Origin: Octopus sinensis
Taxonomy: Eukaryota
Assembly (NCBI RefSeq): GCF_006345805.1
Contig: NC_043018.1
Coordinates: 11,842,001-11,906,000 of the forward strand
Length of the DNA stretch: 64,000 nucleotides
Direction of reading: 5' to 3'
Positions 47,201-60,450 of the stretch are shown here, one piece after another. Position 1 is the first letter of the stretch; each line of letters starts with the position of its first letter. A program made the position numbers and the translations under genes. The notes beneath the pieces were generated by a model. That model saw only the letters and a program-made list of their open reading frames with translations, made no database searches and had not been told where the DNA came from.

Positions 47201-50200
47201 TTAAATATTTCAGTTCTGGAATTGTGTGGAATTGTGTGGAAATAATGAGAAAAAGACCTGATGGGTTCAGCCTTTGTCATATACAGTATTCTGATTCATT
47301 CCCTCTCTTACATATTCTAAATGCTTTGGCAGAGGTGGGGGCTACTGGGTCAGATGTTGAGTAAGAATAAATTGTTGGCTATCACCAACATTTTTCACCT
47401 GGTGGCATTTGCAACATTTGGCATCTGATCAAGGTAAGTCTAGAAAGTGTGCATGGCTGCTGCAGTATCTCCTCAGTCAGGCTTGTTGTGCTGATGCTCT
47501 ACTTCCAGTTGCTTCTAACAATATTTATTGTAAAAGTACAATTATACCCTTTTCGCTGTCAAAACCAACAATAAAATCATGGCTGTGTATAATACATGAT
47601 ATGAAGCTGCAAAGTTTTATCTTATCATCCATTTTTATTAAGAAAAAATCACATTGATGTAATGGAAACATTATTATCTTAAGGAGGAGGAGGAGGCAAG
47701 CTGGCAGATTTGTTACCTTTGTGTCTTTTCTTCTGGCTTTTAACTTTTTGAGTACAAATGCTGCCAAGGTTGACTTAGCATTTTGTCCTTTTGGAGTTAA
47801 TAAAATAAATATCAGTGAAGCACTGAGGTTGGCATAATCAACTCCCTGCCCCACCCATTCCAAACTGCTGAGTTCGAGCCAAAGGGAGAAGGAATTACTT
47901 TTCATGATTTTTATTGGAATATGTTTTAGATAAAATGACATATTAAAAACTAATATATCGGATAAAAGTAGATTATCTTCTCTGGAAGCAATTATGCTAC
48001 ACTGCAGGTTACCATATTGAAGTTTTTAAGACAATTAAAGCCCAAAGATCAAAAAGAATATTAAACATGAACTTTTACAGAGCATTCTCCTCCTTTTTTG
48101 TAGAATTTCTGTCTTTCTTAATGATGGATGAGTTTGATGATAAACTTTATATTACTCGTTTCATCTTTCTGTTTTTATTTGTTCATAGTAATTCTATGAA
48201 ATTGGAAACTTAAGTACTTTTTATTCTGAATTGAAAATTAAGCTCAGACAGTGTTGTTTTCCTTGGCAAAATCCATTAATTAAAAAAATAAATAAACAAA
48301 CCTGTATTGTACCAATTTCAAAGAATTGTGAGGCAGAAATTGGGATTCCAAAGTAGAGTGTATCTGTTGAGAATTGTGGACTGTTGTCATTGGAATCTTT
48401 GACCTTCACAACTATTTTAAGAGTTTTAACTATAATAAAAAGTGATTTAGAATGTATTTGTTAAGGTGAATGAAACTGTAGCTTTGATGTTATTGCTGTT
48501 GTTTAAAATCATGTCAGATGTGATTCAGAAGACATTCAAGCGAATATGTTCCAGCCATTCTAGCCAAAACACCATTTCATCTTTTATTCAGATAATCTTT
48601 ATAGAACTGCATTATCAAATGTGCCTTCTTTTCTTTTCAAGGTGATAGGAGTGACATTTGACTGCTATTTCTAGCAAATTGAGTAACATCATAGAAGCTC
48701 CCTTACTTGTTTGAGGTAAACAAATTAGCATAGATTGTAGAGTTCTGACTTCAAAATCTGCTGGAAAGGAATGGGTCAGGGAAGGTTTGAGTTATTATTG
48801 ATTTTCATCTCTCCAGTCACAGTATATATACCCGACTCATGCATCACTCCAATACAAAGGGTGGTTAAGCGCCTATGTAAGAATGCAATATTTAATGCTG
48901 TTCGATATGTTGACACAGTCATACGGAATTATGGAAATAGCAGAACTGAGAAATAACTTGCAGTGTGATTTAGTGGGAAACTTCATGCTAACGAGACTGG
49001 TACAGGTAAATGGTAAGTCCTTCTACCAGACTGAGTAAAACTGGTTCAAAGAAGAAGTATTGTCTTTATACCAAACGGATTATAGTCGGCTTCAACAAAT
49101 AATATGTCCTTATGCCAGGTTAGGTGTAAGGAGTTCTTACAAAAAGTATAGTCATCTTGTCATGACAGCAGGTTGGTCATGGTTGATATTGAATCTTAAA
49201 GTACTAAACAGTAATGCACTCAAGTATTAAATCAATGCATTAAGAACAGAATTAACCCTTTAGCATTTAAACTGACCAAATCCAGCCCAAGTATTCTATC
49301 GATTTTATGTTCAAACGAACCAGATCCTGCTTCTTATGCTTATCCGACAATGTCATTCTAAATATATACAATCACACCATCGAAATCTGAAAGCTACAAG
49401 ATAATGCATGATTAATTCAAAGCAGTGTGAATAAATAAGCATTACATTTGAGGGAGTAATTTGAATATTAAAGGATTAAAGAAATATGAAATTAAAGGAT
49501 TAAAGAAATATGAAATTAAAGGATTAAAGAAATATGAAATTAAAGGATTAAAGAAATATGAAATTAAAGGATTAAAGAAATATGAAATTAAAGGATTAAA
49601 GAAATATGAAATTAAAGGATTAAAAAGAAATTTTAAAAAGCATGATCTTTCATGTTTTTTTAAATTTTAAATTCTTTTTTTTATTGTTAAATTCTTATTT
49701 AACAATAAAGACAAAAAACCCTCCAAAAATAAGAACTAATTACGTGATGTAGCAGATTAATAGAAGAAACAAACGAGGAATTAAAAGGAACAAAGATTTA
49801 AAGAAATAAAGAATAAACTAAAGAATGGAAGAGGATTAAACATGAGACTTTCTCACCAATGTTGTTGTTGTTGTTGCTGGCAACCGATCTTTTCACTCGA
49901 GTTGACTTAACAACATCCACAATAAGGGTTACGGTTGGTTTATTTTCCCTATCAATTGGTTTTTTAAGCATCAGTTGTTCATCTTTGATATAGAAATATT
50001 CTAAAAGAAAAGAAAGAAGATTTGACAAAATATCTTCCCTTATTTTGTTTTTCTGTAGCAGTTATAATAGTAGTAGTGGTGGTGGTGGTGGTGGTAGTAG
50101 TTGTTTAGCCCTCGGTCATCTCTGATCTAACAGGCCTATGATCAAAGCAATTCCAGCTGGTTCTTTATTTAGACATAGTGGTATCTGAAATTACATTATC

Positions 50201-52040
50201 TAATATAGGCGTAGGAGTGGCTGTGTGGTAAGTAGCTTGCTTACCAACCACATGGTTCCGGGTTCAGTCCCACTGTGTGGCACCTTGGGCAAGTGTCTTC
50301 TACTATAGCCTCGGGCCAACCAAAGCCTTGTGAGAGGATTTGGTAGATGGAAACTGAAAGAAGCCCATCGTATATATGTATATGTATATATGTGTGTGTA
50401 TATGTTTGTGTGTCTGTGTTTGTCCCCCCAACATCGCTTGACAACCGATGTTGGTGTGTTTATCTCTCTGTAACTTAGCGGTTTGGCAAAAAGAGACCAA
50501 TAGAATAAGTACTAGGCTTCCAAAGAATAAGTCCTGGGGTCGATTTGCTCGACTGAAGGCGGTGCTCCAGCATGGCATCAGTCAAATGACTGAAACAAGT
50601 AAAAGAATAAAATAATAATGTTAGTATCGTCTCCCCATCCACATCCAGCACATCTATTGCTAAAAGACATCTCAACCATGGCCATCCTGTCTTATCTCAT
50701 ATTCAGGACTATTTCATTCAAATTGGCCATCCTATTTATTTTAAAGAAGGTAAAAAGATGGTAGGTTGTGATAAGAAGGCAATTTGGCAGCTATTTCTAG
50801 CAGCTTGAATGACCAAACAGGTCTGTTTTCTCATTCACCAAATTATCAGGTGAATAGCTGTTGTTGCTCACAACCACCTCGTTATTTATTTGAGTCCACT
50901 GCATGTGATCAGAGGTAGGTTTATGGGGGGGAGGGGGTCAGTTCCCTACTGATTTCGTAGTGAGATACAGCTCCTTCTTTGGCTAGATTTGAACTCAGCT
51001 CTATAAGTTAAGGAATTGTTGTATAGCCCCTCAACCCTGATTGAGCACACCTGTGATTATAATTTCAGCCTTGATCATCTTGTCTTTTATTCAAACTTAG
51101 TGTCTCTAGCACTACATTATCTAATATAATCTTCCATCTTTTTAAGATGGTAGAATGTGGTTTGAGTGAGATTTGGCTACTATTTCTAGCAAGTTAAGTA
51201 ACACTATAGAGCAGTGCTTCTCAAAGTGGGACAATGATTGCAAATAATTTAGGTTGATTAATCTTGTTTCAATGTTGACAGTTCCCTTTTGCTTTCTTTG
51301 CATAAATCACCAAAATAGACAATGCCTTTGGTAAAGTCTTTTGATTGATCCGATGACTGAATCTTGAATGACAATGGAATTAGTTACACTCAGCTGAGGC
51401 AGAGCATTTTGTGAACCTTCATGTTATTCAGAATGACAAAGAAGCCTCTGTCGTTTGATACACTGTATGGAAAAGATATAAAAACAAGGCACAGAGAAAG
51501 AGAGAGGTGGGGTGTCTAGTTAAACAAATTTACCTTTATAGTTTGTGAGCTGGAACTCGACATTAGGCCCTTGAAATTCTTCAAGGGAAGAGAAATTGAA
51601 AAGGCTTCTATTGCTGACTGTCTCTTCTAAAACTTCAATTTCTATTACACTTCCAGAACCGATCTTTGGAGCATTATATAATTTGATGGTTACCTATTGA
51701 GGAAAGAAATGCAAAACCCAGATTAGTAAAATGATAGAGGTTAATTCTAATTTTATTCTGCTTTTTGTTTGATGAACAATAGTGACACTGGTCAAAGGTT
51801 AAAGGTTGCCAAGGGATTACTTAGTGGTGAAAGTGACAAGGGATTGTCTGTGAAACTTGCTGGAACAAATATCACATAGGCATAGGAGTGGCTGTGTGGT
51901 AAGGAGCTTGCTTACGAACTACATGGTTCCGGGTTCAGTCCTACTACGTGGCACCTTGGGCAAGTGTTTTCTACTATAGCCTCGGGCCAACCAAAGCCTT
52001 GTGAGTGGATTTGGTAGACGGAAACTGAAAGAAGCCTGTC

Positions 52041-52134
<94 letters not shown>

Positions 52135-52751
52135 AGTGTGTATATGTTTGTCTCCCCAACATCGCTTGACAACCGATGGTGTGTTTATGTCCCCGTAACT
52201 AAGCAGATCGATAGAATAAGTACTAGGCTTACAAAGAATAAGTCTTGGGGTCGATGCGATTGACTAAAGGCGGTGCTCCAGCATGGCCACAGCCAAATGA
52301 CTGAAACAAGTAAAAGAGTAAAAAAAGGTATTTTATTTGAAAGCAATTTCTTTAGATTTCTTGTTGTATATATGTATGTATACATATATATATATATACA
52401 TATATGTATATACATATATGTATATATATAGTAGAAGGTGCATGGTTTAGTGGTTAGTATATTTGGCTCACAGTCGTAAGGTTGTGAGTTCAACAGCACA
52501 CTGTGTCCTTGAGCAAGACATGTTCCAGTCCACTCAGCTGGCAAAATTGAGTAGTACCTGTATTTCACAGGAGCCAGCCTTGTCACACTGAATCTCTCTG
52601 AGAACTACAATAAGGGTACATGTGTCTGTGGTCTGCTCAGCCACTTGTGCGTTAATTTCACGAGCAGGCTGTTGATTGGATCAACTGCAACTCTCATTGT
52701 TGTAAGTGACAGAGTGCCAGTTAGTTAGTTATATATGCATATCAACAAGAT

Positions 52752-52784
<33 letters not shown>

Positions 52785-55700
52785 AATAATATATAATATA
52801 TATACATACACACATATATATATACATACACATGCATATATGGGTAGAGGACGTCACCAACGGTGCAAATGACATGAAATACGTAAACAAATGAAGGGAA
52901 AACGAGTGAAATACATAAACGATGAGAAAAAATGGAAAACAGGACAAAGAAAGAGAGAGAAAGGAACCTCCTCCATCAGTTGTCGGCTGTCTACTCCTCA
53001 TTTCGAGCATTCAATGACAAATAGGAGTCTTCAAAGGCAGTTACTCCCATAAATTCTAAAAATAAATTCCTATGTAAAAGTTTCCACAAATGTTTCTGCC
53101 ATGGTGCTGAGAAATATAGAGAGAGTGAAGAAAAGGTTCTTCAAAGTGAGAAACTCTAGACTGGTTTTTTTTTTTAAAAAGAAATCTACAAATGCATCTA
53201 CAAGTGCTTGTGAATCAGTGATTGCGTCTACAGGTGAAGTCTACAAGTGCAAGGGAAAACGATTCAGAAAATGATTATAATAATAAGAATAATATTTTTT
53301 ATTATAAATAATCTTGACATTCCTTTTATTTTACGTAAGATATTCTTTGCATTCTACTGTTGTTTTATTGCCATTTATTTACAAATATAAATTTTATAAG
53401 TAAAATATTTTTTTGGGAACGAATCACGATTTATAGCATTGCTACAATGGGAAACTATTGCTCTGCTTTACGAGTTTTTACTTGAGTGGTCTCTGGGAAC
53501 AAATAAACTCGTATATTGAGGCATTACTGTATATATATCATCATCATCATCGTTTAACGTCCGTTTTCCGCGCTAGCATGGGTTGATATACATAAAACTT
53601 ATAAACCAGGGCAAAAGAAAAAAATTCCAATGCCAGATATGCCGAAAATAGACTTAAATCGTCAATAGCCATATAATTCATCACTATAAGCATGCGTCTC
53701 GAAGCAAACCGACAGAAATTTCTAAAAAATTTCATTATTATCGAAGAAATTTTAAAGAAATTTCTGTCAGTTTTCCTTCAAGATGCATGCTTATAGTGAT
53801 GAATTATATGGTTATTGACGATTTAAGTCTATTTTCGGCATATCTGGCATTGGAATTTTTTTCTTTTGCCCTAGTTTATAAGTTGTGTATAAATTTAACC
53901 TTTAAAGGTATTTTTTTAATATGCTGGCCATTGATAACATTTTTTTGAAAATATATATATATATATATATATAGTTGAAATTTACAGAAAAACAAAAGAT
54001 GAAGACATGTGTATAAACAACAAGCAGGTGTTAGTTTGATGCTCAGGAAGGTGAGAAAGTCTTTTACGTTTTGAGCCTACACTCTTCAACAGAAAGGAAC
54101 ACATGGAAATAAAGAGAAAGAATAAAAAAACTTGTGGAGTTAGCGGTCAATATATATATATATATGTATGTATGTATATTGCATATCATAGTATTGTATT
54201 CCGCTTTCTCCTCTTATTTTGCACTGATTGTGGGCCATCACAGCCACATATACAGACAATGTACACAATATATTGTTCCATACCTCTTCTTCTACTGTTA
54301 TATTGCACCTATTTTGAGCCGTCACTGTTATATTGTAACTGTTGGGTTGACTGGGGAAGCCTGATGAGATGCTCACTCCTCCACTGGACTCATCAATACT
54401 GAAGATGCCCTGATCTGCAGAAACATGCACAAAATAAATATTTCATCTTGTTTGTTTGTAACACCATAAAAACAGGTGCATGCACACGTACATATAAATA
54501 TATACACTCACACACATATATACATATACATTTACATATATATAATCACAAAGATGCACAAACATACATTCACAAGTACACGTACACACACACACACATC
54601 TTATACATAAATGGCAATTTCTGCCTGCCTACCTGTCTCTTACCATCTTTCTGCCTACACCAGTGAACCAATCTTGACGAAACTTGGCATACATGTTAAA
54701 CTAACATCCAGTTGAATTATAGACTAATTGAATCTCTACTTTTGTAGGATCTTTCCTGTTGCTATCATATATTGTGAAATTTTAAAATTTCGTCAAAATT
54801 TTCAAATTTGGTATACTGAAATAATTTTCCATGTTAAATCCAATTTTGTTATTTACTTGTTCCAGAAAAATGTTATGGAAGTATAAAGTTTAATCGATTT
54901 TACCGAATCAGAAAATAGCATTTGGAATCTGGCATTCTCTGCATGATAGTTGTCTATCATAAAATGAAAGTACAATGACCAAAGTTGTAAGAACTTCGAA
55001 AGCTTTTATAAGTTTTAATGTCATATGAAATGGTCGAACAGACATGGAATTCATTTAAAAAGGAAAAAATCCTCAACAAACTTTTTTTGCAAAAAATTGC
55101 ACAAATCTGTCCTGATCAAGAGGCCTATCTGTTGGGGAGGGCATGGTCTGATATGGAATAAAAAAAAATTTATTTAAGACATTCTATTATAAAAATTGCC
55201 TGGCAACGATGAGCTATTTAGCTAGTAAATATATATATAAATAAATATATAAACTGACATACAATGATGGTACAAATGTATGTACATGCACATATATAAA
55301 AATATCGACAACAAAATAATAATTATTTCTAATTTAGGCATCAGGCCAGCAATTAACTGGTAACAGTGAATGCAGTACTTAACCTCATAGAAGTGAGAGG
55401 CAATTTTGGCAGAGGTGGGATTGCAAAACATTTTCTCAAGCACCCTAGCAACTCTACCAGCCTAACAATAATAGATTTTCTATTATAAGCACAAGGCCTG
55501 AAATTTTGTTGAAGGGGGCTAGTCAGTTTCATCAACCCCCGTGCTTGACTGGTACTCAATTTGTTGAAGGGGGCTAGTCAGTTTCATCAACCCCCGTGCT
55601 TGACTGGCACTCAATTTGTTGAAGGGGGCTCGTCAGTTTCATCAACCCCTGTGCTTGACTGGCACTCAATTTGTTGAAGGGGGCTAGTCAGTTTCATCAA

Positions 55701-58700
55701 CCCCTGTGCTTGACTGGCACTCAATTTGTTGAAGGGGGCTAGTCAGTTTCATCAACCCCCGTGCTTGACTGGTACTCAATTTGTTGAAGGGGGCTAGTCA
55801 GTTTCATCAACCCCCGTGCTTGACTGGCACTCAATTTGTTGAAGGGGGCTAGTCAGTTTCATCAACCCCCGTGCTTGACTGGTACTCAATTTGTTGAAGG
55901 GGGCTAGTCAGTTTCATCAACCCCCGTGCTTGACTGGTACTCAATTTGTTGAAGGGGGCTAGTCAGTTTCATCAACCCCCGTGCTTGACTGGCACTCAAT
56001 TTGTTGAAGGGGGCTCGTCAGTTTCATCAACCCCCGTGCTTGACTGGCACTCAATTTGTTGAAGGGGGCTAGTCAGTTTCATCAACCCCCGTGCTTGACT
56101 GGCACTCAATTTGTTGAAGGGGGCTCGTCAGTTTCATCAACCCCTGTGCTTGACTGGCACTCAATTTGTTGAAGGGGGCTAGTCAGTTTCATCAACCCCC
56201 GTGCTTGACTGGCACCTCAATTTGTTGAAGGGGGCTAGTCAGTTTCATCAACCCCCCCTGCTTGACTGGCACTCAATTGTTTTTGAAGGGGGCTCGTCAG
56301 TTTCATCAACCCCCGTGCTTGACTGGTACTCAATTTGTTGAAGGGGGCTAGTCAGTTTCATCAACCCCCGTGCTTGACTGGCACTCAATTGTTGAAGGGG
56401 GCTCGTCAGTTTCATCAACCCCCGTGCTTGACTGGCACTCAATTTGTTGAAGGGGGCTAGTCAGTTTCATCAACCCCCGTGCTTGACTGGTACTCAATTT
56501 GTTGAAGGGGGCTAGTCAGTTTTCATCAATCACCCCCGTGCTTGACTGGTACTCAATTTGTTGAAGGGGGCTAGTCAGTTTCATCAACCCCCGTGCTTGA
56601 CTGGTACTACTCATTTGTTGAAGGGGGCTAGTCAGTTTCATCAACCCCCGTGCTTGACTGGTACTCAATTTGTTGAAGGGGGCTAGTCAGTTTCATCAAC
56701 CCCCGTGCTTGACTGGCACTCAATTTGTTGAAGGGGGCTAGTCAGTTTCATCAACCCCCGTGCTTGACTGGTACTCAATTTGTTGAAGGGGGCTAGTCAG
56801 TTTCATCACCCCCGTGCTTGACTGGTACTCAATTTGTTGAAGGGGGCTAGTCAGTTTCATCAACCCCCGTGCTTGACTGGCACTCAATTTGTTGAAGGGG
56901 GCTAGTCAGTTTCATCAACCACCGTGCTTGACTGGCACTCAATTTGTTGAAGGGGGCTCGTCAGTTTCATCAACCCCTGTGCTTGACTGGCACTCAATTT
57001 GTTGAAGGGGGCTAGTCAGTTTCATCAACCCCTGTGCTTGACTGGTACTCAATTTGTTGAAGGGGGCTAGTCAGTTTCATCAACCCCCGTGCTTGACTAG
57101 CACTCAATTTGTTGAAGGGGGCTAGTCAGTTTCATCAACCCCGTGCTTGACTGGCACTCAATTTGTTGAAGGGGGCTCGTCAGTTTCATCAACCCCCGTG
57201 CTTGACTGGCACTCAATTTGTTGAAGGGGGCTAGTCAGTTTCATCAACCCCTGTGCTTGACTGGCACTCAATTTCTTGAAGGGTGCTAGTCAGTTTCATC
57301 AACCCCTGTGCTTGACTGGCACTCAATTTGTTGAAGGGGGCTAGTCAGTTTCATCAAGCCCCGTGCTTGACTGGCACTCAATTTGTTGAAGGGGGCTAGT
57401 CAGTTTCATCAACCCCCGTGCTTGACTGGCACTCAATTTGTTGAAGGGGGCTCGTCAGTTTCATCAACCCCTGTGCTTGACTGGCACTCAATTTGTTGAA
57501 GGGGGCTAGTCAGTTTCATCAACCCCTGTGCTTGACTGGTACTCAATTTGTTGAAGGGGGCTAGTCAGTTTCATCAACCCCCGTGCTTGACTGGCACTCA
57601 ATTTGTTGAAGGGGGCTAGTCAGTTTCATCAACCCCCGTGCTTGACTGGCACTCAATTTGTTGAAGGGGGCTCGTCAGTTTCATCAACCCCCGTGCTTGA
57701 CAGGCACTCAATTTGTTGAGGGGGCTAGTCAGTTCATCAACCCCCGTGCTTGACTGGCACTCAATTTGTTGAAGGGGGCTAGTCAGTTTCATCAACCCCC
57801 GTGCTTGACTGGCACTCAATTTGTTGAAGGGGGCTAGTCAGTTTCATCAACCCCTGTGCTTGACTGGTACTCAATTGTTGAAGGGGGCTAGTCAGTTTCA
57901 TCATCACCCCCGTGCTTGACTGGCACTCATTTGTTGAAGGGGGCTAGTCAGTTTCATCAACCCCCGTGCTTGACTGGTACTCAATTTGTTGAAGGGGGCT
58001 AGTCAGTTTCATCAACCCCTGTGCTTGACTGGTACTCAATTTGTTGAAGGGGGCTAGTCAGTTTCACATCAACCCCCGTGCTTGACTGGTACTCAATTTG
58101 TTGAAGGGGGCTAGTCAGTTTCATCACCCCCGTGCTTGACTGGTACTCAATTTGTTGAAGGGGGCTAGTCAGTTTCATCAACCCCTGTGCTTGACTGGTA
58201 CTCAATTTGTTGAAGGGGGCTAGTCAGTTTCATCAACCCCTGTGCTTGACTGGTACTCAATTTGTTGAAGGGGGCTAGTCAGTTTCATCAACCCCCGTGC
58301 TTGACTGGTACTCAATTTGTTGAAGGGGGCTAGTCAGTTTCATCAACCCCTGTGCTTGACTGGTACTCAATTTGTTGAAGGGGGCTAGTCAGTTTCATCA
58401 ACCCCCGTGCTTGACTGGTACTCAATTTGTTGAAGGGGGCTAGTCAGTTTCATCAACCCCCGTGCTTGACTGGTACTCAATTTGTTGAAGGGGGCTCGTC
58501 AGTTTCATCAACCCCTGTGCTTGACTGGTACTCAATTTGTTGAAGGGGGCTAGTCAGTTTCATCAACCCCTGTGCTTGACTGGTACTCAATTTGTTGAAG
58601 GGGGCTCGTCAGTTTCATCAACCCCTGTGCTTGACTGGTACTCTCAATTTGTTGAAGGGGGCTAGTCAGTTTCATCAACCCCTGTGCTTGACTGGTACTC

Positions 58701-60412
58701 TCAATTTGTTGAAGGGGGCTAGTCAGTTTCATCAACCCCCGTGCTTGACTGGCACTCAATTTCTTGAAGGGTGCTAGTCAGTTTCATCATCAACCCCTGT
58801 GCTTGACTGGTACTCAATTTGTTGAAGGGGGCTAGTCAGTTTCATCAACCCCCGTGCTTGACTGGCACTCAATTTGTTGAAGGGGGCTAGTCAGTTCATC
58901 AACCCCCGTGCTTGACTGGTACTCAATTTGTTGAAGGGGGCTAGTCAGTTTCATCAACCCCCGTGCTTGACTGGTACTCAATTTGTTGAAGGGGGCTAGT
59001 CAGTTTCATCAACCCCTGTGCTTGACTGGCACTCAATTTGTTGAAGGGGGCTAGTCAGTTTCATCAACCCCTGTGCTTGACTGGTACTCAATTTGTTGAA
59101 GGGGGCTAGTCAGTTTCATCAACCCCCGTGCTTGACTGGCACTCAATTTGTTGAAGGGGGCTAGTCAGTTTCATCAACCCCTGTGCTTGACTGGTACTCA
59201 ATTTGTGAAGGGGGCTAGTCAGTTTCATCAACCCCCGTGCTTGACTGGCACTCAATTTGTTGAAGGGGGCTAGTCAGTTTCATCAACCCCCGTGCTTGAC
59301 TGGCACTCAATTGTTGAAGGGGGCTAGTCAGTTTCATCAACCCCTGTGCTTGACTGGCACTCAATTTGTTGAAGGGGGCTAGTCAGTTTCATCAACCCCT
59401 GTGCTTGACTGGTACTCAATTTGTTGAAGGGGGCTAGTCAGTTTCATCAACCCCCGTGCTTGACTGGCACTCAATTTGTTGAAGGGGGCTAGTCAGTTTC
59501 ATCAACCCCTGTGCTTGACTGGCACTCAATTTGTTGAAGGGGGCTAGTCAGTTTCATCAACCCCTGTGCTTGACTGGTACTCAATTTGTTGAAGGGGGCT
59601 AGTCAGTTTCATCAACCCCCGTGCTTGACTGGCACTCAATTTGTTGAAGGGGGCTAGTCAGTTTCATCAACCCCTGTGCTTGACTGGCACTCAATTTGTT
59701 GACCTCAAAAAGATGTAAGACAAAGATGCCCTTGGTGGAATTTGAACTCAGAACATTAAGATTGATGAAATGCCATTAAGTATTTTGTCTAGCATGCTAA
59801 CAATTCTACCAGCTCACCACCTTTAATAATATCAGTTTTAAATTTTGGCACAAGGCCAGCAATTTTGTAGGGGGAAGGAGGCAAGTCAACCCTAGTATTC
59901 AACTGGTACTTATTTTATCAACCCCAAAAGGATGAACAGCAAAGACAACCTCGGCAGAATTCGAAATCACAATGTAGAGAGAGAGAGAAAATGCTGCTCA
60001 CAATTCTGCTCGTAGTTTTTGAGGGATCGGGGTGGAAATCGATTACATGGATCCCAATACTTGACTGGTGCTTATTCTATTGACCCTGAGAGAATGAAAG
60101 TCAAAGTTGACCTCAGTGGAATTTGAACTCAGAATGTAAAGGTGGAAGAAAGGCTGTTAAGCATTTTGCCTGGCATTCTAACGATTCTGCCAGCACACCA
60201 CCTTAATGATAATAACAATCCTTTCTGCTAAAGGTACAAGGCCTGAAATTTGTGGGGAAGGGGACAAGTTGATTACATTGAACCCAGTGTTTCACTGGTA
60301 CTAAATTTATTGACTCTGAAAAGATGAAAGGCAAAGTCAACCTTGACAGAATTTGAACTCAGAACGTAGCAATGGGCGAAATATTGCTAAGCATTTCATC
60401 CAGCGCACCACC

Positions 60413-60450
<38 letters not shown>

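Noticed and set aside
49461-49670. IKGLKKYE-repeat peptide
   Set aside because: It is a translation of an intronic 24-bp minisatellite
55505-59702. CRISPR-like regular array, and the repetitive ORFs 55353-58777
   Set aside because: The units are contiguous with no unique spacers, the context is eukaryotic with no cas genes, and the ORFs are just translations of the satellite
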